The notes below the pieces were generated by a model. The model did no database searches, had not been told where the DNA came from, and saw only the letters and a list, made by a program, of their open reading frames with translations. Shown here piece after piece: positions 49,241 to 58,766 of a stretch of DNA of 64,000 nt. The first letter of the stretch is position 1; each line of letters begins with the position of its first letter. The position numbers and the translations under genes were made by a program. Source of the stretch: an uncultured Clostridia bacterium (GTDB taxonomy: Bacteria > Bacillota > Clostridia > TANB77 > CAG-508); the NCBI GenBank assembly GCA_934140005.1, contig CAKPBB010000007.1, forward strand, positions 1,982 through 65,981, read 5' to 3'.

Positions 49241-49903
49241 TTATTTTTTACATTTTAGAGCTACTTCTATTAATAGTTCTTCTAATCTTCGACTTCCACA
49301 ATATCTCTCAAACTGATTAAACATTTTTTTATCTTCAATTATTTCTTTTGATATCCATCCAATTACAAAAGAAATACCAATTATTGAAATTATTGCTATT
49401 GGAATCATATTCCAAAATCCTATATTCTCAGTCAGACTTTGAAGAGCTATTTCCCATATTGTTAAAAATAGTGTTCCTATAATAATTGGATTTAGATACT
49501 TAATTTCACTTTTTTCTCTTTTGCTCCTAATCTCTTGAATTAAAATTTCAATTTTATTAATTGTATTTATCTTATTATTTCTACAATATTTTATAATCCA
49601 TTGATTTTGGAATTCATCAATTTTTTTATATACACTTCTCATATATTTTAAACTAATAAAATACCTCGATGATTTACTTACTTTTATTTTTTTTCCAATC
49701 TCAACAACAAAAACTAATTGACTTACAAAAAATAGTATAATCATTATAAAAAAATATAATAATATGTAATTACTTTTCTTTAAACATATAACATTTATGC
49801 AATATATTATTGAATTTAATATTATTCCTACTTTCCAAATAATATTTGCAAAATTACTTTTGATTGCACATTCAGTATTATATTTATTTAATAATTTTCG
49901 CAT
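49241..49903 (-). CDS. Four-TM membrane protein, unknown function; first gene of the HNH/STAND operon
   Basis: Two N-terminal and two C-terminal hydrophobic helices flank a basic cytoplasmic segment. AAGGAGGAA RBS. Confidence 0.55.
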   Translation of the reverse strand: MRKLLNKYNTECAIKSNFANIIWKVGIILNSIIYCINVICLKKSNYILLYFFIMIILFFVSQLVFVVEIGKKIKVSKSSRYFISLKYMRSVYKKIDEFQNQWIIKYCRNNKINTINKIEILIQEIRSKREKSEIKYLNPIIIGTLFLTIWEIALQSLTENIGFWNMIPIAIISIIGISFVIGWISKEIIEDKKMFNQFERYCGSRRLEELLIEVALKCKK

Positions 49904-49926
49904 CTTGATTCCTCCTTATAAACATA

Positions 49927-49969
49927 AAAAGCAAAATATAAGCTAAAATTCACTATATATTTTGCTTTT
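49927..49969 (-). terminator. Terminator separating the RM/DUF262 operon from the membrane-HNH-STAND operon
   Basis: 14-bp perfect stem AAAAGCAAAATATA / TATATTTTGCTTTT with a 15-nt loop. Confidence 0.6.
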
Positions 49970-49991
49970 CTTTTGTTAAAATACTTTAATT

Positions 49992-51896
49992 TTAATTTAT
50001 TTCTAAATAATTATTTCTTATATAATCCTTAAATGATTTAACATCTTCGAATACTCTATATTTTTGTAAATTAACTTTACTAATGTTGCTATTTTCTTCG
50101 TCTATCATAATTGCAACTGGTTCACTTAAGTTGTTTTGTATTCCATCAGGCCACGCCAAATCAATAATAATACTTTCATTATCACTTACTTTTAGTTCAT
50201 AGTTAATTTCTCCACCCGAAAGTCCATTTTCTTCCATCCAGTATGATAATTCCAATATTTTTTCATCTTCATTTATATCATTTGATACACCTTTTCTATT
50301 AGCATAATCAGTAATTTCTACTTTATCAACCTTATTATCTAAAAGACTATTTAAGAAATTATTTGCACTTTCAGCTAATAATTTTCTTCTTTCATCTAAA
50401 AATCTTTCATAATTTTCTACTTTAAATAATTCTTTGTCATTTGTTGGAATCCAATGTGATTCTATTGCTCCCGGTTGTTTTTCCATATAAATTGGAATAT
50501 ATTTTTCTGGTTTTTCATCAGATATATCTTCATTTGTTTTTCTAGTAATAAACGTATAATTAGCCAAAGAATTTACTACAGATTTAGTTCTACCATTTTT
50601 ATATAATAATGCTTTAGGAAATATATGATGAATCTCCAGTGAAGAATTTTTTCCTAGTAAATAATTCTTTAATTCAATACCACTTGAAAAATCTTTTGAT
50701 TTATTCATTCGTGTTAATAAATATAGTAAAGGATAGAATCTAGCACCAGTTCCCCAGCCCCAGAAATCTTCTGGTTTTATAGTTAAATCTGCTCTATCTT
50801 GTCTTAATTGATTTATTAGTCCATCTATTCCTTCACCATTATTTACTACATTTAAGTCTCTTGCAAGAACACTCTCTGTTGATCCTGCATATCTTCCCCA
50901 TAAAAATGTATGAATATACCAATATAATAATTTGTTCCATTCCGCATCGTTTAGTTCTCTATTCTCTTTATTTAAATACCCTATCATTAATGGAATAGCA
51001 AATTTACTACTTAGCACTCTTGTATTATCTAATCCAAGTCTTGAACCAATTTGATTTAATATTTCATCTATTCTATTCTCGACATCTTTAAGACTTTTCT
51101 TAAAGTCTTCTATATCTACCTGTTCTAATTCAGAAAAATAAGCTTTGCTTGTTAAGTGAACAGTTACACATCTTAGTAACCATTCTAATTTAAATTCATA
51201 ACCAGCTTCTTTTAATCTATTTAATATACCTCTTAGCTCCTGTCTTGCTTCTGGCCATAATGCACATATTTTGGCTAATGCTAAATCACCTTTACTTAAT
51301 TTAGTACCGCCACTATTTAAATTATTAAAAATTTCAACTACAACATCTAAAGTCTTGTCTTCTCCAACAACTTCCTCTATTTGTAAATCTTTTTGTGTTA
51401 AATTTAAATAAAGTCTATTTAGTTTTTCTATATAATCCATATAAAATTCTTTTTTATCTGATTGAACAATATAGTTTGCAGCCCCTAATTTTAAAACTTG
51501 TGTTACATCTACCCAATATTGATCATCTTTCATTTTAATAGGAGCATAAAATTCAAATATTTCTGTATTCAAGTTAAAATATAAATTTTTAAATGCTTTA
51601 TCATCACCTTCAAAGAAGGAAGGGGCTTCACCTTTAATTAATCCATATAACGTTGTTATTCTTTGTTGGCCATCTAATATTAGTTTTACAGATTTGTTTG
51701 CTTGGTCAATATTTCCTCTTGTATATGATTCATCAGCTTCTGTTGTCCAAATTAGTATTCCACCTATCGGGTAACCCTTATATAAAGAATTTGCTAATTT
51801 TTTAACTTGCTCTCTATTCCATACATACCCTCTTTGGAATTCTGGTAATGCATATTGTTTCGCATCAATTTGTGCTAAAATATCAATAATTTTCAT
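49992..51896 (-). CDS. DUF262 + DUF1524(HNH-like) GmrSD-family protein (type IV restriction-like) with an extra C-terminal domain
   Basis: N: LPEFQRGYVWNREQVKKLANSLYKGYPIGGILIW and ILDGQQRITTLYGL. Middle: SLEIHHIFPKALL...NSLANYTFITRKTN. C: IIIDLAWPDG...VAIMIDEE, reminiscent of a Vsr/DUF559-type fold. Confidence 0.75.
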   Translation of the reverse strand: MKIIDILAQIDAKQYALPEFQRGYVWNREQVKKLANSLYKGYPIGGILIWTTEADESYTRGNIDQANKSVKLILDGQQRITTLYGLIKGEAPSFFEGDDKAFKNLYFNLNTEIFEFYAPIKMKDDQYWVDVTQVLKLGAANYIVQSDKKEFYMDYIEKLNRLYLNLTQKDLQIEEVVGEDKTLDVVVEIFNNLNSGGTKLSKGDLALAKICALWPEARQELRGILNRLKEAGYEFKLEWLLRCVTVHLTSKAYFSELEQVDIEDFKKSLKDVENRIDEILNQIGSRLGLDNTRVLSSKFAIPLMIGYLNKENRELNDAEWNKLLYWYIHTFLWGRYAGSTESVLARDLNVVNNGEGIDGLINQLRQDRADLTIKPEDFWGWGTGARFYPLLYLLTRMNKSKDFSSGIELKNYLLGKNSSLEIHHIFPKALLYKNGRTKSVVNSLANYTFITRKTNEDISDEKPEKYIPIYMEKQPGAIESHWIPTNDKELFKVENYERFLDERRKLLAESANNFLNSLLDNKVDKVEITDYANRKGVSNDINEDEKILELSYWMEENGLSGGEINYELKVSDNESIIIDLAWPDGIQNNLSEPVAIMIDEENSNISKVNLQKYRVFEDVKSFKDYIRNNYLEIN

Positions 51897-51897
51897 T

Positions 51898-53316
51898 TTA
51901 AACTCCTTTTTGTAGCTTTTCCTTTATTTCATTTTGATATATATCAATCTCTGCCTTTAATTTGTTCTGTTCTTCTATAGATTTTTTTATCTCTTGTGCA
52001 ATTTTTTCTTGTTCTTTTATAGGAATATCTATAATTGGAAATTCTTTTATTTGTATAGGAAATATATTTGTATTGTTTCCTAAACCTTTTTTATATGCTT
52101 CTACTATATATTGAAAATATAAGCTTCTAAAATAGTAATATGCAAATTCCCTATTATAATTTTGATTCAATCTTATTCTTATTATAAAGTCGGCAAAAAT
52201 CCCCTTATATTCATCCTCAATAATTGCTACCTTACCTATTGTCCCTTCTCCTGAACGTGCTAATAGAATATCCCCTTTTTGTATATTCTTTTCGATATTA
52301 TTTTTAGCAAATTCTTCAGATACAGTCTTAGCATTTTCACTATCAAATACATAGTTTTTTATGTCAGCCATTGAAACATAATAGTATTCTTGTCCTTCTT
52401 CATAGTCATCTGGAGAAATTGATTTTCCTAAACACATTGGTTCTTCTAAGAAATCTTTTATTTTCTTTTTAGAATTTTTCTTTAATTCTTCAAAGACAAA
52501 ATCTTTTGCCTCCTTGTGAAACTTGACACTGTTCCTTACATCTATATTATTAGAAAATTTAAGTAATGTTGTTTTATAATTTCTCTCATTTTTTAATTCA
52601 AAAAATTTATCATAGTTAAAATTAAAATATTTTCTAAATGTTTCATTAATTATGTCGTCTTCCGAGATAATTCTATCTTTTAAAGAAGAAATTTTATTTT
52701 CTATATTTAAAATTATTGAATTATATTTTTGCTCATTCTTTATTAAATTATCAACTGCCTCCTTGTTAAATTTCATATATGTCAAGTCTTTTTCATTTAT
52801 TGTAGGATATCCTTTACCTGTTCTTGTAATTGATACTAAATTTTCATAAAAATTTTCACGTAACATATAATAAATAATAGTTTTTATTTTTTTTGGAATC
52901 AAATGAATAAAAGCAGTTGTATAGTATATCTCTTTGTTTTCTTCAGTAATTCTTACATATTTTTTTAAATTTGGTCTAACCTTTGAAATTAAAATATCAT
53001 CTGTTTTTGCTTTTAAGATATCACCTTTATCTATTTTCTTATAATAATCTTCATCTTCTATTCTTCTCTCATTATTATCTAAATCAACTGGTTCAACATA
53101 GCCATTTTTATCTACATTTCCTATTTCAGAATATTTAAATTTTTCTAGCTTGTCTACACAGACTTTATTATTCATGGCAAAATCAAATAATTCTTTAAAA
53201 GAGTAATATTTCTCTTTTTTTATGTTTTTTTGAAACAATATGTATTGTACATCGCTTCTTAAAGATTTTTCTTTTCCAAAATCATTTAATTTTATATTCA
53301 TTACTTTTATAGACAT
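51898..53316 (-). CDS. hsdS: Restriction-modification specificity (S) subunit with two target-recognition domains
   Basis: Duplicated GDILISKVRPNLKKY / GDILLARSGEGTIGKVAII motifs and a coiled-coil conserved region. Lies 1 nt from the next gene and 9 nt from the methylase gene. Confidence 0.8.
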   Translation of the reverse strand: MSIKVMNIKLNDFGKEKSLRSDVQYILFQKNIKKEKYYSFKELFDFAMNNKVCVDKLEKFKYSEIGNVDKNGYVEPVDLDNNERRIEDEDYYKKIDKGDILKAKTDDILISKVRPNLKKYVRITEENKEIYYTTAFIHLIPKKIKTIIYYMLRENFYENLVSITRTGKGYPTINEKDLTYMKFNKEAVDNLIKNEQKYNSIILNIENKISSLKDRIISEDDIINETFRKYFNFNYDKFFELKNERNYKTTLLKFSNNIDVRNSVKFHKEAKDFVFEELKKNSKKKIKDFLEEPMCLGKSISPDDYEEGQEYYYVSMADIKNYVFDSENAKTVSEEFAKNNIEKNIQKGDILLARSGEGTIGKVAIIEDEYKGIFADFIIRIRLNQNYNREFAYYYFRSLYFQYIVEAYKKGLGNNTNIFPIQIKEFPIIDIPIKEQEKIAQEIKKSIEEQNKLKAEIDIYQNEIKEKLQKGV

Positions 53317-53325
53317 ATTTTCACC

Positions 53326-55710
53326 TTAATCCCATTTTATTTCTCTCATATAATCTAATACCGTCTCTTTTATTCCATCATCATACAAAATTTCTCCATT
53401 TTTACTTTCTCTGTATAATTCATTTGGCATTTTCTTAGGTTGTCCCTTTGACTTTCTTTTATATCCAACATTTTCTACTTCCGCCATAAAAATTTCATTA
53501 TTATTAGTTTGAGCAACTTGATTAAACACCCATGTTGTATTTATATATCCGAATTCATCTTTAGTTGCTTTATCGAAAGAAGAATTTTCCTGTATTTCTT
53601 CTTCATATTTTTCTAATATTTTGTTCAATTCTAATTCACGGTCATTATTATCAATTATATTATTCAATATTTTTACTATTATATTTCTTTCTTCATTTAA
53701 ACTTAGATTTTTAATTGATGGCAATTTATCTTTATTTTTTCTTCCTTTATAGACATCTACTATATTTAAGGCTCTTGTTTTTAAATCATTCCATTCCTTA
53801 CATGACTTATCCCATTCTAAATTCCATTTTTCTATCTCTTCATTAGTTTTTTTCTGAGCAAATAATATACTAGTCTTAGTAGTTGTATATGGTGCAAATG
53901 TAACTTGTGGTAAAGAAACAATAGCTTTAATTTTAAAATATTTATACAAGAATAATCTTATGTATTTATTTTCTGTTGTGTCATACACACTTTCTGGTAA
54001 TACAACTGCCATTCTACCATTTGGTTTTAGTAACTGATAATATCTCTCTATAAAAAGATTTTCTGAGTTTTTCTTATTTCCAAAAACAAAATTATCATTT
54101 AAATTCTTTTTGGTATCATCATCTAATTCAACACTAAATGGAGGATTCGTTAATATTAAGTCAAATTGTTCATTTACGTTTTTATTAAAATATAATTTAT
54201 CTATTTGAGAATATTTTAATACATTTGGAAGAACTTCTTTATTGTATGATGAAAATGGTAACAATCCATCTTTAACAAAAATATTTGTTGAACCATCTCC
54301 ATGTAAAATCATGTTTACTTTAGTGGCTATTCCCAAATTGAAATTTATTTCTGAACCATAAATATAATCCTTTGCCCACTTATTTTCCCTGTTTTCTGGT
54401 AAAAACCATTGGTTAAACTTATCTTCAATATCTCTAGTATCATCTAATTTGTCTCTATTTTCATATTTTAGATGTTTAGTAATAAATTTCATATATTCTA
54501 TTAAAAATGTTCCTGAACCTGCTGATGGATCAATCATATATGGTATTTCTAACTCTTTATTAACTTTATCAATAGCTAATTTATCAGTTTGTAATCCATA
54601 TAACATAAATTTTACAATATTAATATGTGTAAAAAATTGCCCTTTAGATTGCTTGAATCCTGTCGTTATTATCCCTTCGAAAAAATCTCCAAGTATATCT
54701 TTTCCATTTAAGCTGTTTTTTCCATCAACAAAAGAATATCTTTCTAAAGAAGATATAGCATATTTTAATTTTTGTAATGAAAATTTATTTTCATCAATAA
54801 CAAATGATTTTTCAAGTTTTTCAACATCATTTATATATAATCTTTGCTTAAGTGCTCTTCTATATAATTGATTTATTCTTTCAAATAATTGTTGATTTGT
54901 TTCTACATATTCATCATCATTATCTTGATAATACATTACTTGAAAGTCATATTTTTCTCCTGTTCTTTTTTCGCTTTCATCTTGTATCTTTGCTAATATT
55001 ATATTTGTAAGTGAAGAAAATACTTCATTATCATCAGTTCCTCCTCCACCCCATAATACATTATGTAAGTTTTGTCTCATAGAATCTAAGGTTTTATGGT
55101 TATAATCTTTTATTAAATCTTTTTTCCCACCTTTTATATATGGCTCTTTTTGAACTCTACCATATTTTTCAGGTAAATCCTCTGAATAGTTTCTATCATT
55201 CTTCCATTCTTCAAATGACTTATACTTTTCATAATCTATAATCATACACTTATCATTAATTTTATTTTCATCGCTTATATCAAGTGAATATAATACAAGA
55301 TATCTGACCTTTTTCCCTTGACCTTGCTCTTGAGATGCTAAATTAAATAATTGTTTTTCAATTATCTCATCTTTATCCTTTTCATATTCATCTGGACTTT
55401 TTAATTCCATATATAGAAAAGCATTTCCACTTTGATCTCTTACTATTACATCTATTCTTGGTTTATTTACTTTTGGTCTACCTATATCATATTCTTTTTC
55501 AATTTCTATTGCAGATTTTTCGTACCCCAATTCGTTAACGAGCTTTGATAATATATATGCTCTAACAATTTCTTCATCTCCTGTAATACTCTTTATTTTC
55601 CTATATTGCATAATATCCTTATCATATTCAATTTCTTTACCTGATACATTAATTTTTGCAACTCGATTACTACAATTAGTAATGTATTGTTCTATTACTT
55701 CCGAACGCAT
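53326..55710 (-). CDS. N6-adenine DNA methyltransferase (gamma class) with an N-terminal HsdR_N/PD-(D/E)xK-like domain; BcgI-A-like RM subunit
   Basis: Motif I MIDPSAGSGTFL and motif IV LILTNPPF. N-terminal PRIDVIV...FLYMELKSP (D...ExK). The start was moved to ATG 55710 (MRSEV), after GGAGGG. Confidence 0.8.
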   Translation of the reverse strand: MRSEVIEQYITNCSNRVAKINVSGKEIEYDKDIMQYRKIKSITGDEEIVRAYILSKLVNELGYEKSAIEIEKEYDIGRPKVNKPRIDVIVRDQSGNAFLYMELKSPDEYEKDKDEIIEKQLFNLASQEQGQGKKVRYLVLYSLDISDENKINDKCMIIDYEKYKSFEEWKNDRNYSEDLPEKYGRVQKEPYIKGGKKDLIKDYNHKTLDSMRQNLHNVLWGGGGTDDNEVFSSLTNIILAKIQDESEKRTGEKYDFQVMYYQDNDDEYVETNQQLFERINQLYRRALKQRLYINDVEKLEKSFVIDENKFSLQKLKYAISSLERYSFVDGKNSLNGKDILGDFFEGIITTGFKQSKGQFFTHINIVKFMLYGLQTDKLAIDKVNKELEIPYMIDPSAGSGTFLIEYMKFITKHLKYENRDKLDDTRDIEDKFNQWFLPENRENKWAKDYIYGSEINFNLGIATKVNMILHGDGSTNIFVKDGLLPFSSYNKEVLPNVLKYSQIDKLYFNKNVNEQFDLILTNPPFSVELDDDTKKNLNDNFVFGNKKNSENLFIERYYQLLKPNGRMAVVLPESVYDTTENKYIRLFLYKYFKIKAIVSLPQVTFAPYTTTKTSILFAQKKTNEEIEKWNLEWDKSCKEWNDLKTRALNIVDVYKGRKNKDKLPSIKNLSLNEERNIIVKILNNIIDNNDRELELNKILEKYEEEIQENSSFDKATKDEFGYINTTWVFNQVAQTNNNEIFMAEVENVGYKRKSKGQPKKMPNELYRESKNGEILYDDGIKETVLDYMREIKWD

Positions 55711-55825
55711 ATTATCCCTCCACAAATTAAACTATTTACTATTTTATATCATAAATCTCATTTTTTAACAACATTATTCTACAATTTTCTATTTCTAATT
55801 TTTCTACGTTTTTCGACAAAAAATT

Positions 55826-57241
55826 CTATCTCTCATACCTTCTATCTTTTTTCTTCTTCTCTTTTAATTTCTTCTCTTGTTCTTGTTCTTGTTCTTTTTC
55901 ATTTATCTTTTGTTTTTCTTTATCATCTACTTCTTTTATTTGTTTCTTCATCTTTGGCACGCCATCATAAATTTCATCACACAACCTAATCTCTTTTCTA
56001 ACCTTTGTCAAAACAGAAGTAACATCAATTATTTCTTTAGTAACACTATCTTTTTCATTTTCATTTTCTAATTTCTGTCTTTTGTAATATAATCTGTTCC
56101 TTACATTTAATATCTTTTGTAATTCTTCCTGTTTCTTTTCTTTCACATTATCAACATCACCCAAATTTTCAATCTTATACTTACATAAAAATCTAATTCT
56201 TTCCGAATACTCGTCCATCTTTTTTACTTCTGTTCTCATCTCAGGAGTCAATTTATATTGTGTATTATTTCTAGTGTATAACTTTAACAAATATCTATAG
56301 TAGTAATACAACGCAACAATTCCTTTTGGTTTATATTTATTTTTCACTTTATCTCTCGTTGTAAAATATTTATTTTTTATTACCTTATAAGGAATTATTC
56401 TTTCTTGTCTTATATAGTCATTTTCTAAAATTCTTCTTTTTATATTTTCCAATGAATAATCTTCTCCAAATGCTCTTTCAACTCTTATATTTCTTTTATA
56501 TGGTTCTCTTTTTATGCTTAATTTATCTGCTCTATAATAATAGTTATATCCCATTGATACTAACATCTGTTGGAATTGTTTTAATGTGTATGAATGTTGT
56601 ATTGCGTAATCTATATCTTCTTTTGCAAATTTATAATAATCTGAATCTCTCATAGATTTCTTATAAAAATTTTCAAAGTTGATTCCTGATTTACAAATCT
56701 TTTCTTTTAAAACACTTAAACCATATTCTTCACATATTTCATCAGATGTTTTTCTTAGCAATGCTGTATTTTCTAAATTACTATAATACTTCTTTCCATC
56801 TTTAAATGAAACTGAATTAATTACAAAATGATTATGAGGATGTCTAGTATTCAAATGAGTAGATACTACTACTTGAAATCTATCTCCCCACATTTCATTT
56901 GCAAGTTTTACTCCAATTTCATGTGCTATTTCTGGAGTAACTTCTCCTTCATTAAAGGATTGATAAGCATGAAACGCTAATATACCATTTTCTTTTCCAT
57001 ATATCATTTTTATAAGTTGCATTTGTTTAACTGAATCTTTTACTTCACAATTTATGCCTGTTGTATAAAATTGTTTTTCTGTTTTATCTGGATTAGTTGC
57101 ATAAGTCATTACTTGTCTGATACTATCAAACCTATCCATTCCATATTCGCTATAATTGTTTTTTGTCTTTTCTTCATTTGTCGCATAGTTGATTACATGG
57201 TCTAATCTCTTTTGTACTTTCCATATTTTTGTTGTTGCCAT
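55826..57241 (-). CDS. MobA/VirD2-family relaxase (mobilization nuclease)
   Basis: MATTKIWKVQKRLDHVINYATNEEKT opening, histidine cluster VVSTHLNTRHPHNHFVINSVSF, and a basic coiled-coil tail. Confidence 0.8.
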   Translation of the reverse strand: MATTKIWKVQKRLDHVINYATNEEKTKNNYSEYGMDRFDSIRQVMTYATNPDKTEKQFYTTGINCEVKDSVKQMQLIKMIYGKENGILAFHAYQSFNEGEVTPEIAHEIGVKLANEMWGDRFQVVVSTHLNTRHPHNHFVINSVSFKDGKKYYSNLENTALLRKTSDEICEEYGLSVLKEKICKSGINFENFYKKSMRDSDYYKFAKEDIDYAIQHSYTLKQFQQMLVSMGYNYYYRADKLSIKREPYKRNIRVERAFGEDYSLENIKRRILENDYIRQERIIPYKVIKNKYFTTRDKVKNKYKPKGIVALYYYYRYLLKLYTRNNTQYKLTPEMRTEVKKMDEYSERIRFLCKYKIENLGDVDNVKEKKQEELQKILNVRNRLYYKRQKLENENEKDSVTKEIIDVTSVLTKVRKEIRLCDEIYDGVPKMKKQIKEVDDKEKQKINEKEQEQEQEKKLKEKKKKDRRYER

Positions 57242-57261
57242 TTAGTCTCTCCTCTCATCTT

Positions 57262-57330
57262 AAAAGGGGATTGGGGAATTTCTCCATTTTGAATTTCGAG
57301 CTGACGAAATTCATTGCTTGTTAGGACAAC
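57262..57330 (-). promoter_or_regulatory. Structured element copy A just upstream of the relaxase gene (candidate oriT or leader)
   Basis: Perfect hairpin GAATTTCG-agctga-CGAAATTC (57291-57312) with a flanking TTCCCCAATCCCC. Homologous to 43020-43108 in inverted orientation. Confidence 0.5.
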
Positions 57331-57448
57331 AATATGCTCTTTTTTAGTACTAAAATTATTACTTTTCTCTATCAAATGCACACTATATTTTGAAAAACAC
57401 TTGGACTTTTTAAATCAAAATCCAAGTACTTTTCGTCTTATTTTGTTA

Positions 57449-57853
57449 TTATAAATTATCTAATTTATAATAATTTTTTCTGTGAAATTTAAAACCTTCT
57501 TCATCATTTATATCACTTTTTATTTCACACTCCTCTCCTTCTAATTTAAATATTTTATTTATTTTTCTTAACAAAATTTCTTGTTTTATATCTCTTATTA
57601 AGCATGGAACTTTGTCATATCCTAGTGCTTTTGTTGCCAATAATTTTATTCTACCATCTAGAACATAATACCCATTTTCTTTTTGAATAACTTCGAATGG
57701 TTTCTTAATTTCTTCTTTTTTTATTACCTCCATATATTTAAAAACTTTTTCTAAATTTCTGCTACATATTACGTTAGATTTATCTCCTTTTATATCTTTT
57801 AACTCTATTTCTTTATATTCTTTATAAACTTTCATATTATTAATTTCTCTCAT
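57449..57853 (-). CDS. ParB N-terminal-domain-like (ParB/Srx fold) protein
   Basis: PFEVIQKENGYYVLDGRIKLLATKALGYDKVPCLI matches the core ParB-N motif pattern. Confidence 0.55.
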   Translation of the reverse strand: MREINNMKVYKEYKEIELKDIKGDKSNVICSRNLEKVFKYMEVIKKEEIKKPFEVIQKENGYYVLDGRIKLLATKALGYDKVPCLIRDIKQEILLRKINKIFKLEGEECEIKSDINDEEGFKFHRKNYYKLDNL

Positions 57854-57947
57854 ATTATCAAATCCTTTCTTTTTTCTATTTACTTTTTTATGTTTTTATA
57901 CTACAATAATTATATAAAGATTTGGGTTAGTATTTTAGTTTTGCGGC

Positions 57948-58766
57948 TTATACTAACTCTTTTTCTTTTATATTTTTTAGCGTTATTCCATAACACGTTT
58001 GATACAATTTTGATATTATTGCATCTACCAATTGTTCATCTTGAATTTGACTAAATCTTTCTATTAATCCTTGTTTATCAAACCTAGTTGTAATTATTAT
58101 TGGTAATCTATTTTCATTTCTATTTTGAATTATTGTATACAATTTCTCTAATGCCCACTGACTTATTTTTTCTGTTCCAAGATCATCAATTATAATCATA
58201 TCTACATTTGAGTATAACTCTATTAATTCATTTTCTGACTTTGTATTGTCTTTAAATGTTTCCTTGATCATGTCCAATAATATTGTTAATCTTCCCATTA
58301 AAACGATCTTATCATTTTCTATTAATTTGTTAGCAATTGATGCTGCTAAATGTGTCTTTCCAACTCCTGACTCGCCAGTTATTATCAGTCCGTCATTTTG
58401 CATTTCTTCTATGCTTTTATTTGTATAATCTCTAGCAACTTCTACTGCAATTTCATTTCCCGAATTAATATCAAAATTTTCAAAGTTCTGTTCTTGAAAT
58501 TTTCTTCCGACATAGTTCTGCTTGTAAATTTTGTTTATAATATTTCTAAAATGTTTTCTTTTTTCCTTTTCATATTCTTGTTCATCTATCTTCTTCCAGT
58601 ATTCTTGTGCTTTATTACAATCACATCTTTCGTATTTAATTGCATCTGGAGATATATTAGCATATAAATAATCAAGTCCTATTGGGTCTAATTCTTTGCC
58701 ACAAAATTCACATTTTTTCAATTTATTGTGTATAACTTCGCTACAATTTATATTGTCTAAAACCAT
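57948..58766 (-). CDS. DnaC/IstB-like AAA+ helicase-loader ATPase
   Basis: Walker A ITGESGVGKTHLAASIAN and Walker B MIIIDDLGTE. Overlaps the upstream gene by 26 nt. Confidence 0.8.
   Translation of the reverse strand: MVLDNINCSEVIHNKLKKCEFCGKELDPIGLDYLYANISPDAIKYERCDCNKAQEYWKKIDEQEYEKEKRKHFRNIINKIYKQNYVGRKFQEQNFENFDINSGNEIAVEVARDYTNKSIEEMQNDGLIITGESGVGKTHLAASIANKLIENDKIVLMGRLTILLDMIKETFKDNTKSENELIELYSNVDMIIIDDLGTEKISQWALEKLYTIIQNRNENRLPIIITTRFDKQGLIERFSQIQDEQLVDAIISKLYQTCYGITLKNIKEKELV

Noticed and set aside
51898-55710. Classical type I RM system
   Set aside because: No HsdR (SF2 helicase-nuclease) gene is in the operon or element. The methylase carries its own N-terminal nuclease-like domain, so a BcgI-like type IIB arrangement is the better reading, though still unverified.
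57263-57322. 19-codon leader ORF (MNFVSSKFKMEKFPNPLLR) upstream of the relaxase
   Set aside because: The homologous copy at 43020-43108 has no equivalent ATG or open frame, so the conserved feature is the structure or sequence rather than a peptide.
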